Translations under genes and position numbers: made by a program | Assembly: GCF_018350175.1 (NCBI RefSeq) | Contig: NC_058368.1 | Span: 97,528,001 to 97,592,000 of the forward strand | Direction of reading: 5' to 3' | Source of the DNA: Felis catus | Lineage: Eukaryota | Length of the DNA stretch: 64,000 bases | The notes under the pieces: generated by a model | The model's database searches: none | What the model was told of the DNA's origin: nothing | The model's input: only the letters and a program-made list of their open reading frames with translations | In this document: in pieces, positions 10,293-23,294 of the stretch | How positions within the stretch are numbered: position 1 is the stretch's first letter | Layout of the letters: every line of letters starts with the position of its first letter

Positions 10293-13200
10293 GTCTGTAT
10301 AAGTTAAAACCTTTTTTTTTTTATTACTGAAGTCTTGTTTTATGTACCTATAAAGAATAAGTTGTATTTTACAACCCACTTTTATACCATAAACGTATAT
10401 TATGCAGTTAATAAATAGATACAGTAATAGAAAAGGAGAGAGAGCTGGTCACTATTTTCTGAAGTCAATTTAAAGTAACTAATTCAGATGTATTTGGAAC
10501 TTTTTTTTCCTAAAAAGGTACTGTTTGAGTGAAGATTGTGTATCTTGTTTGGTGTGCTTTGAGTTGTCATGATTGCCATTTTAGGAAATAAAGTCGAATT
10601 TTCCCATGATTTTCAGAATGTGATCGTTAAAAGAAGTTATCTTAGAAGTTTTATTGAAACTGGGTTTGTATACTGAGAACATTTCAAATATGTACATTTT
10701 CTTTTTATTCTTTCTATTATGCTTCTTAGTGAATTTTGTAAGTGCAGTTTATAAATATACTGTGGTTATTTATACTTTGATGTTATCATTATGATTATTT
10801 TTAACATTTAGTTCAGTGCTTTAAAAAGTTCCATTTTGACGCTATGGAGAATTTGCACCTGAGTGTAGATTAACATGTTGCTTCCTTTTCTGTGACAGTA
10901 TTGCTATTTAAAAAATACCCGGTAAACTCAGTGGTGGACTTAGTGATGACACTAATTCTTATGTCCTCATGGACTCAAGACCCTCAGCTGGTGTGTGGAT
11001 CGTATTTTGAGAAGCACTGAACTAGTCTGAAAGCAAGTTTTGTATGGTTCTTGAAGTGGGGGGAAAAAAAGAAGGTATTTCACTTGGAGAAATAAGGAAG
11101 TAGAACGGCTTTTTTTCCTGATTTTTAAAAAAAAATTTTTACTTGAGTGTAGTCAACATACAATGTTACATTAATTTCAGGTGTACACCATAGTGACTCA
11201 GCATGTTTATACATTAAAGTGGCTTCTTACTAGACAAGTTAGCAAAAAGCAAGATGGCATATAATAACCTTAATGAAAATCAGAAAAATTACATAGATCT
11301 GATGGGCTCTCGGTTTAAGCACTATTTTATAAGAGGCAACTGCGGGTGCTGATACTTAGCATTCACCTGGTGATGTAAATATATTTGAATTAGCCAAGCC
11401 AGGAAACAAAATACATAATTTTTTGCAACTTAGAAAACTTGTGAAATATGTATCTTAGGATAACATTGAAATCTAAGCCAACAATAGATAAAATAGAATA
11501 AATAAAAGTAGTTTTATTTAACTTTCCATAAGATGTATCTTAAATATTTAGTATATGAATTACCATTAAACAGTTCAAGAAAATTTTGGGATAAGTAAAA
11601 TTAAAAATGTACTGGATCAGAGACTAATTAATTAGGGTGTGTTCATTGGTGAGGTAATGTTTCTGATTTTATTTTAAATATATCTTTGCCTAAAATAATG
11701 TATTACAAGTTGAAACATTTCCATAATAGTGAATAAAGCCCTCCTTCTTTATACACTTTATACCTGCTTACTGTGGAAAAAGTATGTTTACTGTGCTTGT
11801 TATTTCTTGGGTTTCTCTGACCTACCTTGTATAGGTATAGATGTATGCAAAAATCATTTTTTAAAGAACATGGCCATATTTGATTAATATAGTTGTAAAT
11901 ATAAAAACTATTTCTCTACTGCTGATATAGGGAATTTGGAATATAGGTATTTGGGAAATTAAATAATTCTCAAAACAAAATAAAAAATTCTTCACCACCA
12001 GATTGTCTAGTTGAATCAGGAAATAGAACCACTAAGGGAGGGGAGTAGCATGACTAAGCCAGATACATGAGGAAGAACAGCAGGGAAATGAGTACAACTA
12101 CATCTTTTAAATTCCTTTGCTGTTTGAGTTTTCTTTCAGAGTTCGATGATACCTTAAGAAAATTTTAATTTTTTTGTTAGTAATTAAATGCATGCTTATG
12201 AATGTTGGACTGAGAGAAAGCTTTATAATTAGTGAGCTAAATATTTTCTCTGAATTTTAGGGGTTTTTTCCCTTGCAAAATTAATTTGGAATATTTTAAC
12301 CGGTAGATCTTATTTACTTAAAACTTGGCGTCATTAATGGTAGTTATTAGAAATTAATTGCTACTGCATTATTGTTTTATTCTTCATGTTTTATTCTTCA
12401 CTTTTTAAAAATAGTGACATTTTGATAAAGGGAATATGAAAATGAAAACTTTGGTGAACCACAGATGGGATGGAATTAAGTAGAATATTAACTCTATAAA
12501 GTTAGTATAATGTTTAATCTTTACTGGCAAGTTGATTAGCTTGTTCTTGATGTTAACAAAATTATCTTCCATGTCTTTTTTTATAAAATGATGATTATAT
12601 TTAAATAGTTTGAGTCCACGTCACTGTGACTTTTCATATGGTTAGGAAATAGATACATGACAGGCTCTGTATTTTGGACGGGAGAATTTTGAGATGGTTT
12701 CTTTATTCCTTATGTGTGTGAAAATGAAATTTTCTCCATCTGATGTTTAAATCCTGGTGTATGCTCAGATCTTTTCTTTTCCTATACTGCGTTTTTAAAA
12801 TAAAAGATCTTTCCTTTTTATACTTGGAAATTGAATACAGATGGCTGCAAATGAACTATATCTGAATGATCCCCAGCCAGAAAAAAATACTTGACAGCTA
12901 TCATCTTTGTCCCTACTTTGTATTTCTGTTTTCTTTCATTTTCTGAGAACCAGAGGTCTTGAACCAGTTTTTTCTAATATCCCCTTTTTAGCAAGATGTG
13001 TGCCTCCAAGCAGTTTATTATTTCTGGCTAAATCAAGAGAAGGAGAGAATTAGAAACCTAGAAATTAAAAGTTTCTAATCAGGAGGTTTTCCTGAGGAGT
13101 GAGGTACCATAATGGAGACAAGGCATAGTAGCATATGTGAAAGAGAACAATTTGACTTTAATTTTCAGCTGAGAGTACTGTGGATCAGTAGCTCTGAAAT

Positions 13201-13516
13201 TTGTAATATTAAGAACTTGGGGCTCAACTTTGCTTTAATGTCAACATTTCAAAATAAGTAAGTTAAAATTTCTTGCAAGGGCAAATAAAATTTATGGTGG
13301 TGGTTAATGAGTTCTGAGGGATTCAGTTTTGCCCAGCCTTATCCATGCACCTCCACATGTGCTTCTTTTAAGATGTATGAACTTGAAAAATAACAACTCA
13401 GTCCAGTGTTGTTTTCTAGTAAATTTAGTTTAAAATATTATAAAAATATCCCCGGTATTTTGCATGTTATATCTCGTCTTTACTCTTTGTCATGTGGTTA
13501 TTCTTTCTTGATGAAG

Positions 13517-13579
13517 TCATTAGAGGACAACTGTGAAACCATCAAAAATTCTATGATGGAGGAGCCAAACATCAATAAG
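13517..13579 (+). CDS. DMXL1: DMXL1 alternative cassette exon (21 aa): SLEDNCETIKNSMMEEPNINK
   Basis: ttctttcttgatgaAG acceptor, AAG|GTACAA donor; 63 nt, phase 0/0, open frame; the 21-aa size matches the recalled length difference between human DMXL1 isoforms. Confidence 0.8.
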
Positions 13580-14689
13580 GTACAAAATATCATTCAACTA
13601 AAATGAGAAATTGCATTCTTTCACAAGAAAAACACATTGTTTGCATTTGAGTTTTGAACCGGACTTTGTTTCCAGTGCAATTAAATTATTGTTCCCTCAG
13701 ATTATTCTTACTTGATTTCAGTAGCTTAAATATGCAATCATAAAAATTGTTTCTGTTTTGTTAATAAGAGAATGCAATTTTAAAGAGAGTTGAATGTAAC
13801 CTGTTTTGGCTACACATTTTTTTGAGTAAATGCTACTGAAGTTCTTAATAAGGTGTATTACAATAGCCATTGTAGAATTGTAGCAGTATTGTTCTGTTTT
13901 ACAAGTGTCATTTTGGAAGTTAACAATGTCTTCTGTGATGTTAGTTCCTTAAAATATATCAGATGCTAAATGTAGCATTTATTGTGCTGGTAGGAATAGC
14001 ACATAGCACATTGCCTTGTATGTAGCAATTTCTGCTAACACTTGAGAACAGAGCAAGAATGGTAGGAATTGGTGTAATCATGAAATATCTCCCAAATGTT
14101 CTATGATCATATATTCAAATGTGAGTTTTATTAAATTGACATTTAACTCACTCATGTGTTTCTTACTCTGATTTTAAGACCATCTCAACAAAGTAACTTT
14201 TAGAGGAAAACTTTCTTGAAGATAATTTTTTAAGGTTACTAATTCCCCCTGCTAATTCTTTTCCAAAGAAATTCTTCTGGTTAAAATAAGAAAAATAATT
14301 CTGTATAATTAATAAAAAAGACTGATTAGCTGTCAAGTGTATATTATAACTCAAGTTTGGCAAAATAAGTATATTTAGTCCATACTTTGGAAATGTCTAA
14401 TGGCCTTTGGCAATTTTGAAAGAATATAGTTGAAACTTTTAATCAGTTTACAATAATTCCTTGCCTAAGTTATCATTAATTACTAGTCTGTACATTATCA
14501 TGAAATCTCATGCAAATATTTTAATAAATATTAAATATTTATAAATATATTAAATTTAATAAATATCAGAATGTGGTATTTCTATAGTCATCACATTACA
14601 TTCAAAGGTAGTCCTTCTGTGTGTTTAGTTAACATCAACCATTTTTGGGCAAGATTTTCCAAACATCTGCTATAATTTTGTTTTAAATA

Positions 14690-17100
14690 GCTTTATCGTG
14701 TATACCTGACTTAAAATAACCGCACATATTTATTAAGTACAGTTTGATTAATCTTGGAGTATGTATACACTGGTAAAGCCATCACCACAACCAAGAAAAT
14801 GAATATAGTCATCACTCCCAAAACTTTAATCTCTTTCTTACTCCTTTCTTTTTTTCATCTGTGCCTTCTTCCTCTACAAGCAGCTACCAATCTGCTTCTT
14901 CATATTATAGATTAGCTTGCATTTTCTGGAATTTTATGTAAATGGAATCATGCAATGTATACTTTTTCCCATAGCATAATTATTTTGATATTCCTCCATG
15001 TTGGATATTTCATTAATTCATTCTTTTTTATCGCTGAGGTGTGTTCATTGTATAGCTGTACCATAATTTGTTTATTCTTTTATGTGTGGATGACCACTTG
15101 AGCTCTTTCCATTTCAGAACTGTTTCAAATAAGAATGCTCACGTTAGTCATATACAGGTCCCTTTGGTTGGGCGTATGCTTTCATTTCTCTTGTGCAAAT
15201 GCTTAGGAGTGGAATGGCCAGATTTTATTGTATGTGTGTGGTTAACTTTTTGAGAAACTACTCAAGTATTTTCCAAGGTGATGGTACCCTTTTATATTCC
15301 CAGCAGCAGTACATGGTATCTCAGTTGCTTTACCTCCTCACCAGGGCGTGGTATGGTCAGCCTTTTTATTTTAGCCATTCTAGTAGGTGTGTACTAGTTT
15401 TAACTTACTTTGACCATCTTCCGTGTGCTTTTTTATATCATTTGTATAATTTTTTGGTTGAAGTGTATTTTCAAATGTCTTTTTTTTTTTTTTTTTTTTT
15501 GATTGGGTTGTTTTCTTGACAGAGTTCTAACAGTTCTTTTTATTATTTAAATAAATGGTGTATCACATTTGCAGATATTTTCTCCTACTCACATGTCTTT
15601 TGATTCTCTACAATTTATTTTAAACTGAGAAGTTTTTAACTGGTACATCGAACCTCATCAAAATTTGTTTTGTGTGTGGATGTTCTTTTTGGTGTCATAT
15701 CTAAGAAATCTTTGCCTAACCTAAAAATCACAAAGATTTTCTCCACTTCTGCTCTCGTGTTAGTTTTACAATTAGTGAAGGCTACTTCCATTACCACAGC
15801 TTTCCAGTTAAAAACAGAAATCTAAAGCTCTGCCCTACAAAGAAATTATAACACGAAGGCAGTGTTTAAATCCTACAAAAAAAATTTTTGAGTCAATTTT
15901 TTAATATGGGTAGAAAGTATAGATTGCAGTTGCTTTTTTTTTTTTCCCCATGTGTGTATCAGTTGTTCACCATTGTTTAATGAAAAAGTTATCTTTTCCT
16001 CCACTGAATTGCCTTTTCCTCCTTTTAAAAAAACCAGTTGACATGGTGCCTGGGTGGGGTGGCTCAGTCGGTTAGGTTAAGCGCCTGCTCTTTGCTGACA
16101 ACTGAAAGCCTGGAGCCTGCTTTGAATTCTGTGTCTCCCTCTCTCTCTTTCCTTCCCTGCTCGCACTCTGGCTCTCTCTCTCAAAAATAAAGGTGAAAAA
16201 AAATTAACAAAACAAAACAGTTGACCTATGTGTGTTAGGGACTCTGTTTTGGACTATTGATCTATTTATCTTTATCCTAATCTCCCACTGTCTTACTGCA
16301 CTGGCTAGAACTTTCAGTCCCATGTTGAACAGAAATGGTCAAAGCAGACATTTTTATCTTGTTCCTGATCTTGAAGAAAAGCATTGCGTCTTTTGTCATT
16401 AAGTATGCTGTATTCTATAGGGTTATTATAGATACTCTTTATAAGATTGAGGAGGTTTCTTTCTGTTCCTAGCTTGTTGAAAATTTTTAATCGTAATAGC
16501 TGCTGGATTTTGTCACCTCTCTTTTCTGTTGTTACCACTGAGATGTTCATATGGTTTTTCTTATTTTAGTCTGTAAATATGACTAAATACGTTGATGGAT
16601 TTGTTTGATGTTAAACAAACCTTGCATTCTCTGGCTAAGCTTCATTTGGTCGTGCTGTATTTATTTTTTTTATATATTGGTATATTTGTTAAAATTCTTG
16701 TTAAGATTTTTGCATTTATGTTAACGAACATAAGTTTTCCTATAATGTTTTGGGGTTCTTTTTTTGGTTTTAAACTAAAGCTGGACTCATAGAATGTGTT
16801 GGGAAATACTCTCTTTAATTTTTTGGGAAAAAAATTGTGTAGAATTAGTATTGTTCCTTACTTAAGTGGTAGAATTCACCAGAGAAACCATCTTGGCTTG
16901 GAGTTTTTTATCTACAAATTCAATTTCTTTAACATGTAGGGCAAGTCGGGTTATTTATTTCTTCTTGAATGAGCCTTAGTAGTCCATGTCTTTAAAGAAA
17001 TATGCTTCATTTGGGGTGTCAAATTTATTGGTATAAAATTATTCATAATATTCCCCTATTCTTTTAATATACAAGAAAATTTATGGTGATGTCACCTCTC
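14690..17100 (-). mobile_element. Old L1M fragments (3' end plus ORF2 pieces), with an embedded truncated SINE at ~16043-16215
   Basis: Antisense L1 motifs: aatggaatcatgcaatg, ggtgtcatatctaagaaatctttgcctaac, cttgttcctgatctt, ggtagaattcaccag. Confidence 0.8.
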
Positions 17101-17589
17101 ATTTCACTGCTAGTTTTGAAAACAAAATTACTTCTTGAATATTTTTATTTCGTAATATTTAGAGTATTTGTCTTCTTTTGTATTCACTTGCCAGCTTCCC
17201 ATTTCCTTCCAATATGCCTTTGATATTGTTTAGATCTCATTTTACTCTATGTTGTATTTAATTATATTATTAGAGCAGTGCTGAAGTGCAAGCACTCAGC
17301 TTTACATCATAGAAGGTGATAGTAGCTGAAAATCACTAATGAGACCTAGAGTCTCACCTTAGCTTTTCTATAGCTCTGTTGTGGGACCTTGGGCTCTTTA
17401 TGTCCTTGAAGCCTCATTTACCTTAATGTATCAAACTGGGTTGATAATTTTAAACATGCTAACTGCTCTAATTAAAATAGTAGTGAAGTCCTGAAGTTAG
17501 TCTGTTATGTTCCTCTCTTCTTCAGTTCTTAAAGGAAGGTCTGCAGAACCTGAACATTTTTTAGATCATCACCTGTATAAAATGTACTC

Positions 17590-18150
17590 TTTTTACAAAC
17601 TGTGGCAAAATATACATGTAAAAATTTACCGTTTTAGTTGTTTTAAGTGTATAGTTCAGTAGCATTAAGTACATTGACTTTGTTTGCGACCATCAGCACC
17701 AAACATCTGCAGAACTTGTTCATATTCCCAAACTGGAGCAGTAGCTCTCCACTTTCTCCATCCCACTTAGCCTAGCCCCAGCTAACTCGCGTCCTCCTTT
17801 CTGTCTCTATGAATTTTACTACTCTGGGTGTCTGTGTAAGTGGGAACATAATATCTGCCGTTTTGTGACTGGCTCATTTGACTTAGCATAACATCTTCAA
17901 GCTTCATCCATGTTGTAGTATGTCTCAGAATCTCCTCCCGTTTTAAGGCTAAATAGTATACCATTGTGTACATGTCACATATATTGTTTATCCAGTCATC
18001 TATCAATGGATATTTGGGTTGTTTTCATCTTTTGGGTGCTGTGAGTAATGTTGTGAAAATTGATGTATATATCTGTTTAAGCCTCTGCTTTCAGTTCTTC
18101 TGGACACATACCCAGAAATGGAATTGCTGTCATCTGTGGTAATTCTTTCT
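17590..18150 (-). mobile_element. L1MB-type 3' fragment
   Basis: taagtgtatagttcagtagcattaagtacatt...cttagcataacatcttcaagcttcatccatgttgtag. Confidence 0.85.
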
Positions 18151-18238
18151 TTTTTGATCTGTGTAATCTCTTAAAATCTCTTCTGGTACTAATATTTGGA
18201 TTCTTTTTTCCTCACAAATCCAGCCCAATCAGATTTTA

Positions 18239-18654
18239 TTTTATTTATTTTTAAATTTACATCCAAGTTAGCGTATAGTGCAACAGTGATTTCAGGAGTA
18301 GATTCCTTAGTGTCCCTTACCGATTTAGCCCATCCCCCCCCCCACACCCCGTCCATTAACCCTCTCTTTGTTCTCCATATTTATGAGTCTCTTATGTTTT
18401 GTCCCCCTCCTTGTTTTTATATTATTTTTGCTTCCCTTCCCTATGTTCATGTGTTTTGTATGTTCAAGTCCTCCTGTGAGTGAAGTCCTATGATATTTGT
18501 CTTTCTCTGACTAATTTCACTTCGCACAGTACCCTCTAGTTCCATCCACGTAGTTGGAAATGGCAAGATTTCATTCTTTTTTATTGCAGAGTAATATTCC
18601 ATTGTGTATATATACCACATCTTCTTTATCCATTCATTTGTCGATGGACATTTG
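18239..18654 (-). mobile_element. 5'-truncated carnivore/felid L1 with perfect TSD
   Basis: Minus strand encodes the L1 ORF2 end (KCPSTNEWIKKMWYIYTMEYYSAIKKNEILPF); 18-bp TSD cagcccaatcagatttta at 18221-18238 and 18655-18672. Confidence 0.92.
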
Positions 18655-18991
18655 CAGCCCAATCAGATTTTAAACCATGGCCTGAAACCTTTCGTTAAGG
18701 TTTACATTAAACATAGATTAAATTTTACATTAAGATAGTATTTATTGTGATTTTTTTTTTTACTTTGGTTTTATATTGTATGGCCTTTAGCAAATTAAAT
18801 TATGTTCATAGCTGATGCAGGTTCTCTGTTTTGAGCATATCATGTTTCCACTTCTTTCTTTCCCACCTTAGATTTCATGATTCATCATTCTGAAAAATCC
18901 TCAACCCTTTTGTGCCATTCTCTCTATGGTGTATTTGCCTTGAAAATCCCCAAACCTCTTTACATGCAACTCTCTGTCTACTCTGTGCCTT

Positions 18992-19567
18992 TGTAATAGA
19001 ACATGAGTTCACTCCTTGATGAGTCACAAACTGCATCAGGTTGCATTTTTGCACAAAGAAAACTTTATTAGCAGCAAATAAGGAGATTGTGAGGAATGGC
19101 TTCCAAAGCCATGATCCTGGCACAAGAGTGGATGGGTTCCTTTTATTTGGGATTAGGATGAATATTTAGATAGAGAAACCTTATTATCCTATGTAGTGGC
19201 GGGCATAAGGTCACACATGTGCCTTAAGGAAACGTGCCTATACACACATTGTATATTGTATAAGGCTTGTGCTCCTCCTTGGGCAGATATTTTAGTATTA
19301 TAATGAGGGAAAGGTAGTGATAGGTCATTCTAGAGATCCCTCTGTGGTCCATCTGTGTAGTCTGGAGTCAGGGGTTAAGTTCAGACTGGCCTGGCAGTCT
19401 TGTCAGGGCAGTTGCTTATTGCCAGAGGGGCAGTGTTGACTTCTGTTTGCCTGAGTTAAGAGATAAGCTGGAAAGAAGAGCTTAAGGAAGAAAGAATATA
19501 GGACAAAGGTCAGTGAATACAAGCAAGTGGATAGTAAAGGTCAGATCCTGGGGATTAGCTGGTGACA
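18992..19567 (-). mobile_element. Solo LTR (ERV1-like)
   Basis: TG...CA termini (tgtaat...gtgaca), TTTATT (antisense polyA signal) near 19063, near-identical 4-bp flanks cctt/tctt. Confidence 0.6.
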
Positions 19568-19599
19568 TCTTCACCTCAAGAGCTGAACGTGGATGAAGA

Positions 19600-21300
19600 A
19601 AAAGCACAAACAGTGGGGGTTTGCCTTACTTAAAATTTATAGCCACAATTCCCAAATTACCCAACGATCAAAATAAATTACTCTGTAGTACTTGTTTTGT
19701 TTTGTTTTGTTTTTCATTCTCCCCACTTTTACTCTCTTTCCTCAAACTTCCAGTACTCCTTGACTGTTTGCCACCGATGACCTTGTTCTGTCATCAAAAT
19801 AAGTGCAGTCATCGGGAATGTAGACTAATCTTTCCACCACCAAATCTTACTTCTGCTCTATATGCAGATGTTTCATTAACTTCTCTAACAGTAGATAGAC
19901 TGTCACTCTTTTGTCCAAAACCAGATCTTCCATTTGTACGCTGATCGTATGGGCTCTTACCTACCCAAGGACTTTGCTTCAGTAGTTATCCCTCCTCCCC
20001 CACCTCCGTCTTCATTAATAAATATTTACCTCTCTGATTATTCTCTACATAAGCAAATATATTTTATTGTCTTTCTTTCAAATAAAAACCAAAACACCTA
20101 CCTTTGAATCGGTCTACTATCCCATTGCTTTAATTTCCCTATCTAGGAAAATTCATTTATAGAATTGCCTATAAAGTCATTATAGAAGACTTAAAGAGTA
20201 ATGATGCAGACACTCCCTGGAGGAACCACCCAGTTTAAGAAATAAAATATTATCAATTCATTTGAGTGCCTCTGTGAATCTTCCCCAATGGATTTACCTC
20301 CCTATTCACCATGTGTCTTTAAACTAGTTAAGTGTTATCTCCAGCCCACTACACTGAGATGTTACTAGTCAAAGTCACCCTTGACTCCCACTATGCTAAA
20401 TTCAGTAGTTGATTGTGTCTTCCTTTAATTCAATGTTTCAGTATCTTTTGATACCGTTGACCACAGCCACCTTCTTAAAACTCTTGCTTCACTTGGTTTC
20501 TATTAACATCATATTTGATTATTTAGTATTCATACTTGGAAAATGTTCCTTGTTCTGTCTGTTTATTCTGTCAGTATTCCTCTTTCCTAAAACTACTTCC
20601 ATTTCGAATTGACCTTCCCCCCCCCCTTTTTTTTTGTGGTACATCTCCTTTATTTCCCCCTTTTTTGAAACATGGGGTATACCAGGACTTAGTTCTGTAA
20701 CATTTTCTATTCCCTATTTTTACTTTCTCTTTGGTTTATCTCATGGTTTAAATATCCTCCATAGGCCGATAACTCTTAAATCTCTCTAGCCCATTCATTT
20801 CCTGAACTCTGGACTTGACTTCTTAATCTAATAGCTACCTCACCCTGAATGTCAAGAGTAGAATTTTCTATCTTCTCATCTTTATCTAAATCCTTACTTT
20901 TCCTTCACTTTTGTCTCATTAAATGGTACCTTCACTTACCCAGTTTTTAGGTCTGAAAACTAGGAGTTATACTTGCTTTTTTTTACTCTTACTATAATTT
21001 CATTTCATTAGCAAAATTTACCCTAATTCCAACCAACTATCACTACCACCATTGCTACTACCCTAATTAAACCCACCTTTACCTCTTCAGCAACTAACGT
21101 AGCCTGTTGACTGTTTTCTGGCAACCATTCTCACACCCTTTATACTTTACCTCACAACTTGCAGAACTGTCTAAACCCTGCAGTGTCTTCCTAGCTCCAA
21201 AATAAAATCTGAACTCTTCATTGTGGCTTTTAGGACTCTTTGCAAACTGAATCTTGCCTGGTATTCAATCTCCTACCACTTGTCATTGTTTTCTAAATTA
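19600..21300. mobile_element. Degenerate L2 fragments
   Basis: Pyrimidine-rich L2-like motifs (gtcaaagtcacc, catggtttaaatatc, aaactaggagttatacttg). Confidence 0.5.
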
Positions 21301-21647
21301 AATACTAAGTTTTTGAGATGCTAAACACCATTCCTTCCCTCTCCCTCCACTTGATTTTAAAGCAGGTGATCTTGAGACCACAATATTAAGAAATAATGTT
21401 TTATTAAATAAAGATTTTGAGAGGACAGGCATGTATTTTCACATTGAAGAAGCTTTTTAAGTTTATGCCTGCAGGAGCCTGTTTCCCTATCAGGTAAAGT
21501 TGGAAAAAGCTCTGCAGCTAAAACTAGTATGTTTCCCCCCACCCACCCGTTATCAGCACATAACATACTCCTCCACTTCCTGCAAACATCATTTGTCTCT
21601 CTTTCCAATTTCTTCAAAATCTAGTAGTAGACACTTAGTATACTTTA

Positions 21648-21864
21648 TTTTTTTAGTTTTTTTAAATGCTTATTTATTTTTGAGACAATGCAAGAGACAG
21701 AGTGCAAGCAGCAGAGGGGCAGACAGAGGGAGACACAGAATCCGAAGCAGGCTCCAGGCTCTGAGCAGTCAGCCCAGAGCCCAACGCGGGCCCGAACTCA
21801 CAAAGTGAGATCACGCCCTAAGCTGAGGCCGGACGCTTAACCGAATGAGCCATTCAGGCGCCCT
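21648..21864 (-). mobile_element. Can-SINE
   Basis: TSD gacacttagtatacttta / gacactcagtatacttta. Confidence 0.93.
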
Positions 21865-23207
21865 GACACTCAGTATACTTTAGATACTAGATATTATAGA
21901 TAGGTCACTAAGTTGGGATTCTGTCATAAATTACAGAATTTGAGATAAGATTTTTGTTAGAAAAGAGGTTGACCCCAAAATCAACCAAAATGTTTGGCAA
22001 ACACTGAAAATCTTTGGTTTGTTATCAGATTGTATTTTAGATTCGAACATCTTTGGCATCATTACATCTAGTGACTAGGAGTTTAGTTGGCATAGGATTA
22101 TTTGAGTTTTTATCTTAGGCATCTCACCTTTGCAATTCAACAGTCTTTTATATTTGCCATTTAAAAAATACTGCTAATTCTACTCGGTTCTGTTGGTGAA
22201 ACACTGGACAGGCATTGGTGATGTTTTTATCTAAACTTTGCAGGACTTAAATTTGTTATATTCTTATTTTAGATTAATAACGTCCGCACTTCTCAATGAG
22301 TTGTGAACCATTTTATACTAATTCATCTTAAAGAATGAAGGTTAGGGATATAAAATAAGATGAAACACTATCCTATATTAACATTTTTAATTCTTAATAA
22401 TTACCTTCTCTTTTTACCTCTGTTTAGTAAATATTGATTTATACAGTATTCTCTTCTGAGTTCAAAGGCCTTGTATGTACCTTCTTTGGGGTAAGCTAAA
22501 GGTCAGATTATTTCCCTCATCTAAAGTACATTGAATTATGGTTTATTCAGCTATTAAAAATGACTACTGACCTAAAATGACTTACTGACCCTGGGGAAAT
22601 TACTGTGCCTTTCAGGGTTTCAGGTTGTTTTTTGTTTGTTTGTTTGTTTTTATAAATTAAAAGCCGTTTTAGACCAGGATTCAGTAAGCTGGCCATATTT
22701 GACCTGTTCTTTACAGGCAGTAAACTAAGAATGGTCCTTATATTTTTAAAAGGTTGTTCTAAAAAAAAAAGAAAAGATAAATATACAACAGTGATCTTCT
22801 ATGACATGCAAAACATATAAAAATATTTACTTTCTGACCTAATATTTATCAAAAGATTATAATACTAAGAAATAGGGTAAACAGATCTTGTTTTAATGAT
22901 TAGAATGTCTTGATCCTTTAAAGTTAATTCATTGCTGTTAACTTATTGGGAATGTGAGCAATTAAGAAGTTGTATTTTGTATCAACTGTCTTTTTATATA
23001 TGAAAAGGCAAGCTTGAAAAAGTTTAAATTTCCCTGTTCGCATGAGTTTTATTTTAGGGATGAGTAGCATGTAAAACAATACCTTTAGATATGAAATATT
23101 TAAAAAGTTTCTTTAATTTATACAAGTATTAAATGACAGATTTGCATATATTATTTTTCCTGTGATTAAAATTACTATATTTTTATGTTCTATTTCCTTC
23201 TGTTTAG

Positions 23208-23294
23208 ATAGAAGCAGACTTGGGATATCCTGGAGGTAAAGCAAGGATTATTCACAAGGAATCTGATATCATTACTGCCTTTGCTGTTAATAAA
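23208..23294 (+). CDS. DMXL1: DMXL1 coding exon: IEADLGYPGGKARIIHKESDIITAFAVNK
   Basis: tgtttAG acceptor, AAA|GTAAGT donor; 87 nt, phase 0/0. Confidence 0.94.

Noticed and set aside
12841..12894. Possible poison exon (tacAG|ATG GCT GCA ... ACT TGA) in the intron upstream of the 63-nt cassette exon
   Set aside because: The pyrimidine tract is separated from the AG and there is no convincing nearby donor; unsupported without RNA data
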